Shown: piece after piece, positions 10,801-18,600 of the stretch
Numbering within the stretch: position 1 is the first letter of the stretch
Layout of the letters: each line of letters starts with the position of its first letter
Source of the DNA: Candidatus Oxydemutator sp.
GTDB taxonomy: Bacteria > Pseudomonadota > Gammaproteobacteria > Poriferisulfidales > Oxydemutatoraceae
Assembly: GCA_965203445.1 (NCBI GenBank)
Contig: OZ241883.1
Coordinates: 768,001-832,000 of the forward strand
Direction: 5' to 3'
Length of the DNA: 64,000 bases
Notes under the pieces: generated by a model
What the model saw: the letters and a program-made list of their open reading frames with translations, nothing else
The model's database searches: none
What the model was told of the DNA's origin: nothing
Program-made: the position numbers and the translations under genes

Positions 10801-11598
10801 GCCACCCCTTCTGTCGCCTCCGCTTCGCACCTCACCTATCGAGTAACTGGCACTCACCACCGAACCTGCAATGGCTTCGCCTATCAGACCACCCGAATTG
10901 TTCATGGCCGCGTGCACTTCCACGTCCGCGTAACTCGCTATTATCACACCACGATTGACACCCGCCAGTGCGCCCGCCGACCAACCACCCGTCACGCCGC
11001 CGCCCGCCACCCAGCACGCCGCCACCCTGCCGTCGTTGCGGCCCACCAACGCACTCGTAAAAACACTGCCGTCCCCCACGCGCACGCGCGCGTTCCTTAC
11101 ACCCACGTTGCGGATCCTGCCGCCGACGCCCACGGCGCCGAACAATGCCGCGTAATCCATGTCTGCCGACGTGTCAATACGCAAATTGCTGATGACGTGG
11201 CCGTTGCCTTCAAAAACGGCGGTGTAATACGCCAACGGAGACCCGCCCCCTATCGGGTCCCAGTCCCTGCCCGACAAGTCCACGTCGTTCAGCAATTCAT
11301 AACCGGTGCAGGTGGTGGGACAACCCATGCCCTGCACGGCGTCGGGGAATGCAGCGACATAAGCGGCCGTGGAGGCATTGGAGGCGTTGCCGTCACCGTT
11401 CAGATCGTGGGTGATGGCCTGCAACTGCGTCGAATTCCGGACATCTATCAGATTGTTGTTATTGAGGTCATAGTCGGTGGTGCCCGTCGGGGTTTGGGCC
11501 GCGGCGCCTGCGGCAAAAACCATCAGCGCCAGGCACGCGGCAATCCTCATTGCCCATACCTTGGTCATACCGGATGTAAGGGGGGGCAACACGCGCAT
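1..11598 (-). CDS. Giant secreted adhesin-like protein 1 (partial, runs off left edge; >=3856 aa; >=9 GLUG-like beta-helix + Calx-beta modules)
   Basis: Absent from the ORF track, consistent with no stop inside the window. Manual translation from ATG 11598 gives MRVLPPLTSGMTKVWAMRIAACLALMVFAAGAAAQTPTGTTDYDLNNNNLIDV (Sec signal peptide, homologous to the ORFs at 25224 and 39203). The same frame at positions 1-51 reads NWDPIGGGGRNQLPGNL. Alternative starts 11550, 11568, 11658. Not every codon was checked by hand. Confidence 0.88.
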   Translation of the reverse strand, partial: MRVLPPLTSGMTKVWAMRIAACLALMVFAAGAAAQTPTGTTDYDLNNNNLIDVRNSTQLQAITHDLNGDGNASNASTAAYVAAFPDAVQGMGCPTTCTGYELLNDVDLSGRDWDPIGGGSPLAYYTAVFEGNGHVISNLRIDTSADMDYAALFGAVGVGGRIRNVGVRNARVRVGDGSVFTSALVGRNDGRVAACWVAGGGVTGGWSAGALAGVNRGVIIASYADVEVHAAMNNSGGLIGEAIAGSVVSASYSIGEVRSGGDRRGGLVGQRNELDADEYDVQASYYDRGRSGQTTCCGRNMPSNDVHTSRTSAELRAPTTAVGTIYAGWDRLDLDGDGERNDAPWDFGSGFDYPLLRGVSARYLAGNTTNIGVQRRLQPPVLMALSQRSGGLAAEGSTVTYAVELDFRSRAAVTVSWSVETVGVGTGYAEAADFVGTTQETITLVNTNSAVFGVKIEEDGTSERAERFRVRLSNLRGPDNVRLRAASSSVISFIEPHGTDYDRDDNNLIDVATTSQLAAIRYDLGGMGLRGVADGDVIDYEDAFPFFDVLDSCPDTCTGYELLNDVDLAGVDWVPIGEESPLSLRYNAVFEGNGHIIRNLHVNDPGNRTGLFRVVGVDGVIRNVGLVDVDVSGRNTGGALVGDNYGKVAASYVVGGTVTLVAPSFGGAAGGLVGGNGGLIVASYVDVAVRVVGNGSLAGGLVYFNSGKVIASYSSGLFAGGDNAGGLVGIQNRVNPGEIENSYFDGTRSTWGNGIRVPATTRRAGRDLRAPTTAVGIYTGWNKLDVDGVDQLGDDDFNDDAPWDFGSGLDYPLLRGVSARYPTGNSTNVGVQRRLQPPVLVALSQRNGGLLTEGSTVTYAVGLDVSDSVASSGVVVAMSWSVEPVGVGDGYAEAADFVAVTRGVITLVNTNSAVFRVGIARDGTTEPRESFRVRLSALQASDRIALSVASSAVVSAIVQNGSDYDHDDNNLIDVATTSQLAAIRHDLGGMGFRGVADGDVAAYDRAFPGFDESGCPGGCKGYELVNDVDLSSVDNWMPIGGGGTSDRYDAVFEGNGHIVRNMKFTQAVGSDRYDGVGLFGALGAGGKIRSVGMENVSVHAPESVGVGALVGIAYGRIAASYAVGGVVTGSWAVGGLVGETRGGSVIAGYSDAAVHGRRQRAGGLIGSAQGVSIVSASYTIGVPTGGGPHRGGLMGYRGSMVEIQSSYFDRDRTGQTSCCGANPPSPDRSPRKFFELRTPTAAVGIYAGWDKLDVDDDGDFNDAPWDFGSSSDYPVLRGVSARYLTGNSTNVAVQRRLRPSVSLVALSQRSGDPIAEGSTVTYAVELGVRSTAAVTVSWSVELVGVGARHAEAADFVGATRGTVTLVDTASAVFGIRIAEDGTSESREAFRVRLSSLQAPDGVRLSAASSAVVSAIASHGTDYDLDNDNLIEVTTRSQLEAIGYDLGGMGLRGVADGDVDDYEAAFPLFDEFETCPGRCEGYELVNDLDLSGGNWDPIGGGGRNQLPGNLLPDENRYHGTFEGHGHVIENMRIVGGSNRWDFVGLFRGLGAASVVRNVGLVDVNVTVDETSIQTGALAGVAYGRIASSYVVRGSVTGGWGVGGLVGALTGAKGRVVASYTNVSVSAATVPPNRAKGGLIGGAGDMSVVSASYSIGRVEETGNQDGGLIGSRGSSVKIQSSYFDRGRTAQIACCGTNVPSPDRSSKTSTELRAPTTAVGTIYAGWDQLDVDGDGDFNDAPWDFGSSLDYPVLRGVSARYPTGNSTNVGVQRRLQPPVLVTLSQRGDDPIAEGSTVTYAVELDFRSRAAVTVSWSVELVGVGARHAEAADFSGATRGTITLVNTDSAVFSIRVTEDGTPERREMFRVRVSNLQGPDNVHLSAASSAVVSVIRSHGTDYDLDNDNLIEVTTRSQLEAIGYDLGGMGLRGVADGDVDDYEAAFPLFDEFETCPGRCKGYELSNDLDLSGEDWVPIGGGGRNQLPGNLLPDENRYNGTFEGNGYVIENMRIVGGSNRWDFVGLFRGLGAASVVRNVGLVDVNVEVPASSVQTGALAGVAYGRIASSYVVRGSVTGSWGVGGLVGALTGAKGRVVASYTNVSVSAATVPPNRAKGGLIGGAGDMSVVSASYSIGRVEETGNQDGGLIGSRGSSVKIQSSYFDRGRTAQIACCGTNVPSPDRSSKTSTELRAPTTAVGTIYAGWDQLDVDGDGDFNDAPWDFGSSLDYPVLRGVSARYPTGNSTNVGVQRRLQPPVLVTLSQRGDDPIAEGSTVTYAVELDGVVGIATMSWLVETVGVGPVYAEAADFSGATRGTITLVNTDSAVFSIRVTEDGASERREMFRVRLSELQAPDNVRLSAASSAVVSVIRSHGTDYDLDNDNLIEVTTRSQLEAIGYDLGGMGLRGVADGDMVAYDEAFPFFDESGCPGGCKGYELVNDLDLSGGNWDPIGGGGRNRLPGDLLPDENRYHGTFEGNGHVIENMRIVGGSNRWDFVGLFRGLGAASVVRNVGLVDVNVTVDETSIQTGALAGVAYGRIASSYVVRGSVTGGWGVGGLVGALTGAKGRVVASYTNVSVSAATVPPNRAKGGLIGGAGDMSVVSASYSIGRVEETGNQDGGLIGSRGSSVKIQSSYFDRGRTAQIACCGTNVPSPDRSSKTSTELRAPTTAVGTIYAGWDQLDVDGDGDFNDAPWDFGSSSDYPVLRGVSARYPTGNSTNVGVQRRLQPPVLVVLSQRGDDPIAEGSTVTYAVELDFRSRAAVTVSWSVELVGVGARHAEAADFSGATRGTITLVNTDSAVFSIRVTEDGASERRESYRVRVSNLQGPDNVRLSAASSAVVSAIASHGTDYDLDNDNLIEVTTRSQLEAIGYDLGGMGLRGVADGDDAAAYEEAFPGFEENGCPGGCKGYELSNDLDLSGEDWVPIGGGGRNQLPGDLLPDENRYNGTFEGHGYVIENMRIVGGSNRWDFVGLFRGLGAASVVRNVGLVDVSVTVDETSIQTGALAGVASGRIASSYVVGGEVHGGWGIGGLVGTLDGSGIIIASYADVLVDSLNRPLGGLAGRLSDMSIVSASYTVAMLRRSGSEVGGLAGARATSAEIQASYFDRVRARLSSCCGTNVPSPDRSSKTSTELRAPTTAVGTIYAGWDQLDLDGDGDFNDAPWDFGSSSDYPVLRGVSARYPTGNSTNVGVQRRLQPPVLVTLSQRGDDPIAEGSTVTYAVELDFRSRAAVTVSWSVELVGVGARHAEAADFSGATRGTITLVNTDSAVFSIRVTEDGTPERREMFRVRLSELQAPDNVRLSAASSAVVSVIRSHGTDYDLDNDNLIEVTTRSQLEAIGYDLGGMGLRGVADGDMVAYDEAFPFFDESGCPGGCKGYELVNDLDLSGGNWDPIGGGGRNQLPGNLLPDENRYHGTFEGHGHVIENMRIVGGSNRWDFVGLFRGLGAASVVRNVGLVDVNVTVDETSIQTGALAGVAYGRIASSYVVRGSVTGGWGVGGLVGALTGAKGRVVASYTNVSVSAATVPPNRAKGGLIGGAGDMSVVSASYSIGRVEETGNQDGGLIGSRGSSVKIQSSYFDRGRTAQIACCGTNVPSPDRSSKTSTELRAPTTAVGTIYAGWDQLDLDGDGDFNDAPWDFGSSSDYPVLRGVSARYPTGNSTNVGVQRRLQPPVLVVLSQRGDDPIAEGSTVTYAVELDFRSRAAVTVSWSVELVGVGARHAEAADFVGATRGTVTLVDTASAVFGIRIAEDGTSESREAFRVRLSSLQAPDGVRLSAADSAVVSAIASHGTDYDLDNDNLIEVTTRSQLEAIGYDLGGMGLRGVADGDVDDYEAAFPLFDEFETCPGRCKGYELLNDLDLSGGNWDPIGGGGRNQLPGNL

Positions 11599-11766
11599 CA
11601 GCAGCAACCACAACCGCTCGTCTGCGACTCTCGCATCGCTTTTGAGTGGGAAGATCATCTCGCGTTGCACCTGATGAAACTATGGCATATGTGGCCTTCC
11701 CGTAACATTACCACAAGTTGTCCAGCGGATGGCCAACGATAAAAACCCCTCACCCTCCTTCTTTCC

Positions 11767-11787
11767 CCCTCTCCCGGAGGGAGAGGG
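11767..11787. repeat. CCCTCTCCC-N3-GGGAGAGGG palindromic element (REP-like hairpin)
   Basis: Perfect 9-bp stem; a similar copy at 54368-54386 and a degenerate one at ~53554-53573. Confidence 0.55.
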
Positions 11788-11875
11788 TTTGATCGGGGCC
11801 TGCGGCCATTCTTCCTTCATAGGAGAGAGTGGCCCTATATAATATGTGCTTCGATGCACACGCTACTATTGACCG

Positions 11876-12837
11876 ATGCGCGTCCTGGGCCTTGAGACCT
11901 CGTGCGACGAGACCGGCGTCGGGCTGGTGGACTCCGACGCAGGCGTCGTCGCCGAGGCGCTCTTCAGTCAGATCGAGACGCACCGACCGCACGGCGGCGT
12001 CGTGCCGGAGTTGGCGGCGCGCGACCACGTGCATAAGCTGCTGCCGCTGGTGCGCGAGGTGCTCGGCGACGACCTGCTGCGGCGTGTGGACGCGGTGGCC
12101 TACACCGCCGGCCCCGGCCTTGCCGGCGCGCTGCTGACTGGCGCCGTATTCGGACACGGCCTGGCGTGGGCGCTGGGCAAGCCGGCGCTCGGCGTGCACC
12201 ACATGGAGGCGCACATGCTCGCGTGCATGCTGCCGCAGGCGCCGCCGCTGCCGTACCTCGCGCTGCTGGTGTCGGGCGGTCACACCCAGCTGGTCGCGGC
12301 CCACGGGCTGGGCCGCTACGAACTGCTCGGAGACACCTTGGACGATGCGGTCGGCGAGGCCTTCGACAAGTCGCGCGCACCTTGGGCCTGGGTTATCCCG
12401 GCGGCCCGGAGATAGAGCGGCTGGCGCGGCGCGGGCGCGCCGGGCGTTTTGTGTTCCCGCGTCCGATGGCAAACCATCCGGGCCTCGATTTCAGTTTCAG
12501 CGGCCTGAAGACACACGCGCTGCACACCCTGCGCGGACTGCAACGCGACAACGACGACGGCGGCGACGGGCAAGACCGCGCCGACCTGGCGCGCGCCTTC
12601 GAGACCGCGGCCGTCGGCACGCTGGTGCAGCGCTGCCGGCGCGCGCTCGAACAAACCGGCTTCAGCCGCCTGGTCGCCGTCGGCGGCGTCGCCGCCAACG
12701 AACACCTACGCACCGAACTCGCCAAGTTCGACGCGCGCGGCACCGAAGTGATCTATCCAAAGACGAAGTGGTGCACCGACAACGGCGTCATGATCGCCAA
12801 CGCCGGAATGCTGCGCCTGCAAGTCAAGGGGGGTTGA
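11876..12837 (+). CDS. tsaD: tRNA N6-adenosine threonylcarbamoyltransferase TsaD, split by a 1-bp frameshift near 12370 and with a short C-terminus
   Basis: [45 protein letters not shown] in one frame; [33 protein letters not shown] in the next frame. A G appears to be missing in GAC AAG [G]TC GCG. Confidence 0.92.
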
Positions 12838-12866
12838 TCAGGGAGGGGAGACGTGCTTCAGGGGCG

Positions 12867-12935
12867 CGGCGCGCAACCCTCGGCACTGCTCATCTCCTGC
12901 GGCCGCCGCGAAAAAGGCACCGGGGCAACCTCGGC
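12867..12935 (+). pseudogene. pyrE: pyrE remnant (copy of ~39897-39965)
   Basis: cggcgcgcaaccctcggcactgctcatctcctgcggccgccgcgaaaaaggcaccggggcaacctcggc matches the intact pyrE with few substitutions, then jumps to the sequence found at 40133. Confidence 0.85.
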
Positions 12936-12936
12936 A

Positions 12937-15650
12937 ATGCCGACCCGTTGCCTACGGCGCCGAAAACGTCCTGCACCGACCCTGGGTCCCCGGCGCGAGC
13001 ACGAAACACCGATCAGCGGACAACACCTCGCCGTCGAAGTCCAAATCCGCGTCCACCGCGTAATTGCCGGCCGCGTCCGGGTCGCGGTACGCGCCCGCGC
13101 CCAACGACGTCAACGACCTCAGGTTGTGCACGCGGATCAATACCTCGTCCCGCTCGTCTATCACGCCGTTGCGATCCACGTCGCCCGCGAACATCGCATA
13201 CGTACCTTGCCCGACTTCGGCCTGCCCGTCCCCGTGCGACTGCGCGAACCGGAAGTCCACGCAGTAGCCGGCGTTACATCCCTCGCCGCCGGGCGCCAAT
13301 GCATTCGCGGATATTACCGACAGGTGGTTGCGGTGGTGCACCGACACGTACACCTGCCCGCCTTCGAGCAGTTCCGTCTCAAAACGCACACCGTCCAGGA
13401 ACAGCGCGTCCGCCGCCGTCGCCGCCTCCTCGTTGATCCCTGCGATACGACCGTCGCGCAACAGCAGGCCCGCGGCGCGCCCGCCCGGCGTCGGTGCCGA
13501 TGCCAACGCCGCGTCCGCGGTCGCGCCGGTGCGCAGCTCCACCAACACCCAGTCCACTATCGTCGAAGTTACGCCGCTCAATCCAGACCCCTCCCCCACG
13601 TGCGGCACCGTCGTCGCCGCCGAGTAGTTCCACGGAGCCACGTTATAGGGCTGTCGCCTCGGCAAAACGTCTATCAATCCGGTGCTCATGCCACGCGAAC
13701 CCCCATACGCACCCTGCAAATACACGCGCGCATTCACCACCACCACCAACCTGTCATCGTTGGCTATCGTTACGACCGTCGAAAACCGGGTCGTAGCAAC
13801 CGCAACGTTGTCGCCCTGCACACGCAACAGTCGCAACACCAGCTCCTCCTCCGGTTCTATCGCATCGTCATCCAACAGGCGCAATCGTATCACCGCCCTC
13901 GTCGTGCCCGCGGCCATCACCACCATGCCACGCCCCTCGTCTCTATAATCGGCACCCGCCGTCGCCGTGCCGCTTACCTGATAATGGATGGTTACGCTCC
14001 CGCTGATAACCGTAGTGGCAGGCGACAAAGCCACCTCGAACCGAAGCTCCACGTCGCTCTCCGTCGTGCGTATATGGGCCGGCGTCGCCAGCATCACCAC
14101 CGGTAGCAACGGCTGCCTCTGGCGCTGCACGCGGATACTCGTGGTGTTGCCGCCGGGATAACGCGCGCTTACGCCGCGCAGCACCGGATAATCCAGCCTG
14201 CTCCCGAAATCCCACGGCGCGTCGTCATTCAACGTCACGACACCCATGGCCGTGCTCGCCACGCCGTCCACGTCCAACTGGTTCCAACCGGCGTAGATGC
14301 CCACGGCCGCCGTCGGCGCGCGCAACTCGATGGACGTCCTGGACGACCGATCCGGCGACGGCTCGTTCTCGCCACAACACGAACTCTGCCCGCTGCGCGC
14401 GCGGTCAAAGTAACTCGCCTGAACGTCGTATTCGGCCGCGTCGGCTTCATCACGCCCCCCCACCAAGCCGCCCCGGTAGGTGCTTGCGCCGTGCGCTCCC
14501 CCCGTCACCCTGCCTATCGAGTAACTGGCGCTCACCACCGAACCTGCGGCGGCCCGGCCTATCAGACCACCCGAACGGAGCCCATCCGCGTGCACTCCCA
14601 CGGCCGCGTAACTCGCCAATACCGCGCCATAATTGGCACCCGCCAGACCGCCCGCCGCAAAAACACCCTCTACGCTGCCGCCTGTCACGTAACACGCCGC
14701 CACCTTGCCTTCGTTACGACCCACCAACGCCCCCGTATGCATACTGCCGCCACCCACCTCCACGTTCACGTCCCGCAAGCCTACGTTGCGGATCGTGCCG
14801 ACGCCGCTTACGGCCCCGAACAAGCCCGCGTTATCCAACCGCAGCGACGACTGGATACGCAAGTTGCTTACGACGTGGCCGTTGCCTTCAAAAACGGCGG
14901 TGTAATACTTTATCGGACGCCCACCCCCCAACGGCGTCCAGTTCCCCACGCTCGACAAGTCCACGTCGTTCGACAACTCGTAGCCTTTGCAACCGCCCGC
15001 ACAAGTCTCGGCCTCGTCAAAAAACGGAAAGGCCTCGTCGTAGGCAACCACGTCTCCATCAGCCACGCCACGCAAACCCGCGCCGCCCAAGTCATAGCGG
15101 ATCGCCGCCAACTGCGACGTCGTCGCAACGTTTATCAGATTGTTGCCGTCGGGATCGTAATCCTTCCCGTTCGGGGCGATGACGCTGACGACCGCGGAAC
15201 TGGCGACGTTCAAGCGCCGGCGCAACGCGCTCGACGCCACAAATCCGCTCACTTTCACTCGGAACGTCTCTCTCCTCTCCGGCGTCCCGTCATCCGCTAT
15301 ACTCACCTGGAAAACCGCGCTCCTGGTATTGGTCAGGAACAGAAATCCATCCCTGTCCCCGTCAAAATCCAACGCCTCGGCGTGGCCTTCGCCGGCACCG
15401 GTGTACTCCACGGACCAATTCATCACCAACTGGATGACGCTGGGAACGTCCAACTCTACGATGTACTCCACGTCCTGCCCCTCCGTTACCAGGTCGGCGC
15501 CCCGCTGCGACAACGTCAGCGACACCGGCGGCTGCAAGCGCCGTTGCACGCCGACACTCGTGGTGTTGCCGGTGGGATAACGCGCGCTCACGCCGCGCAA
15601 TACCGGATAATCCAAACCACTCCCGAAATCCCACGGCGCGTCGTCATTCA
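12937..15650. repeat. Near-identical 3' block shared with adhesin 3 (~25558-28270); first ~0.8 kb also shared with ~40133-40915
   Basis: Direct sequence comparison; all three proteins end ADLDFDGEVLSADRCFVLAPG(T/N)QGRCRTFSAP. Confidence 0.9.
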
Positions 15651-18600
15651 ACGTCACGGCACCCATGGCCGTGCTCGCCACGCCGTCCACGTCCAACTGG
15701 TCCCAACCGGCGTAGATGCCCACGGCCGCCGTCGGCGCGCGCAACTCGATGGACGTCCTGGACGACCGATCCGGCGACGGCTCGTTCTCGCCACAACACG
15801 AACTCTGCCCGCTGCGCGCGCGGTCAAAGTAGCTCGCCTGAACGTCGTATTCGGCCGCGTCGGCTTCATCACGCCCCCCCACCAGACCGCCCCGGTAGGT
15901 GCTTCCTCCACGTGCTCCCCCTGTCACCCTGCCTATCGAGTAACTGGCGCTCACCACCGAACCTGCGGCGGCCCGGCCTATCAGACCACCCGAGCGGAGC
16001 CCATCCGCGTGCACTCCCACGGCCGCGTAACTCGCCAATACCGTGCCATGATTGGCACCCGCCAGACCGCCCGTCGCGGAAACACCCTTTACGCTGCCGC
16101 CTGTCACGTAGCACGCCGCCACTTTGCCTTCGTTACGACCCACCAACGCCCCCGTATGCATACTGCCGCCACCCACCTCCACGTTCACGTCCCGCAAGCC
16201 CATGTTGCGGATCGTGCCGACGCCGCTTACGGCCCCGAACAAGCCCGCGTTATCCAACCGTAGCGACGACTGGATACGCAAGTTGCTTACGACGTGGCCG
16301 TTGCCTTCAAAAACGGCGGTGTAATACCTTATCGGATTCCCGCCCCCTAACGGCGTCCAGTTCCCCACGCTCGACAAGTCCACGTCGTTCGACAACTCGT
16401 AGCCTTTGCAACCGCCCGCGCAAGTCTTGACCTTGTCAAAAAACGGAAAGGCCTCGTCGTAGGCAACCACGTCTCCATCAGCCACGCCGCGCAAACCCGC
16501 GCCGCCCAAGTCATAGCGGATCGCCGCCAACTGCGACGTCGTCGCAACGTTTATCAGATTGTTGCCGTCGGGATCGTAATCCCTCCCGTTCGGGGCGATG
16601 ACGCTGACAACCGCGGAACCGGCGGGGTTCAAACGCACGTTGTCCGGGCCTTGCAAATCGCTTACCCTCACTCGAAACGTCTCTCTCCTCTCCGGCGTCT
16701 CGTCCTCCTTTATCCCCACCTGGAAAACCGCGCTGGCGGTGTCGACCAGAACCACCTGCCCGCTCGTCGCACCGTCAAAATCCAACGCCTCGGCGTGGCC
16801 TTCGCCTACGCCGGTCAACTCCACCGACCAATTCATCGTCACCGCGCCGGCGCCGCGAGTGCTCAAGGTCACCGCGTACTCCGCCTCCTCACCCTCCGAT
16901 TTTCTTCCGGCGCCCTGCGACAACGTCACAAATACACCGGCCGCCAGCCGCTGCGCTCGGATGCCGGTGGTGTTGCCGTCGGGGTAACGCTCGCTTACGC
17001 CACGCAACACCGGATAATCCAGATTCGTACCGAAATCCCACGGGTTGTCGTCGTTCAACGTCAAAACCCCCATCACCGTGCCCGTCGTGTCGTCCACGTT
17101 CAGACCGCTCCAGGCGGCATAAATGCCCTCGGCCGCGACCGGCGAACGCAACTCCCGGCTCGTCCTGACCGCCGTCGCCGACACGTTCGTACCGCCCGAT
17201 GATAAGCCGCCGCTATCTCTGTCATAGTAACTGGCCTCTATCGCGGTCGACGCGGCATCGTTTTGGCCCACCAAACCGCCATCGTTACGCGTCGCATGGG
17301 GCCAGACAACACGCGCCAGCCCTACGATTCCTAATGAATAACTCGCTATGATCTTCCCGCCGGGAGCGTTATAACCCACCAGACCACCGGTAGGGGATGC
17401 AGCCCCCCTGACGTACGCGTTGGCGTAACTGGCAATGATCGTCCCCTCATTGCCACCCACCAGACCACCCACGGTCCAACTGCCGATCACGTCTCCCTGA
17501 TCATCTTCGCCCACCACGTAACACGCCGCCACTTTGCCGCCGTAGTTGACCCCCGCCAACCCGCCCGTTGATATGCTGTTCATGTGCACGGCCACTTTCG
17601 CGCCCATCAGGCCCACGTTGCGAATGACACCGCTTGCGCCCAAGCCCCGGAACAAGCCCACAAAGTGCCAGACAACGTTCGGCGCGTTCACTTCCATGTT
17701 GCTGATAACGTGGCCGTTGCCTTCGAACACCGCTTTGTAAAGGTACTTCTCAGGCAGCCGGCCATCCACCCGGGGATCGAGCCCCCCGCCCCCTATCGGT
17801 TGCCAGGCCAAGCCCGACAAGTCCACGTCGTTCAGCAACTCGTAGCCCTTGCAGCCGCCCGCACACGCCCCGATCTCGTCAAAAAACGGAAATGCGCCTT
17901 CGTAAGCGGCTACAGCGGCCACGTCTTCGCCATCCACGCCGCCCAGACCCATACCTCTCAAATCATAGCGGATCGCCGACAACTGCGACGTCGTCATAAC
18001 GTCTATCAGACCGTTGTCGTCGGCGTCGTAATTTTTGCCATGCGAGGCGATGACGCTGACAACCGCGGAACTGGCGACGTTCAAGCGCTGGCGCAACGCG
18101 CCCGACGTCAAAAATCTGCTCACTCTCACTCGAAACGTCTCTCTCAACTCCGGCCTCACGTCATCCGCTATCCGTACCTGGAAAACCGCACTGCTGGTAT
18201 TGGTGAGGACCAGCACCCCATCCCTGTCCCCGTCAAAATCCGACGCCTCGGCGTGGCCGTCGCCGGCACCGGTGTACTCCACGGACCAATTCATCACCAA
18301 CTGGCTGACGCGACCATCCAATTCCACCGTGTATTCCACCACCTGCCCCTCCGTCAACAAGTCAGCGCCCCGCTGCGACAACGTCAGCAACACCTGCGGC
18401 TGCAAGCGCCGTTGCACGCCGATACCGGCGGCGTTGCCGCCGGGAAAACGCGCGCTCACGCCGCGCAGTACCGGATAATCAAAACCACTCCCAAAATCCC
18501 ACGGCGCGTCGTCGTTCAAATCATCGTCATCAAGCTGATCCACGCCGTCCACGTCCAATTTGTCCCAACCGGCGTATATGCCCACCGCCGACGTCGGGGC

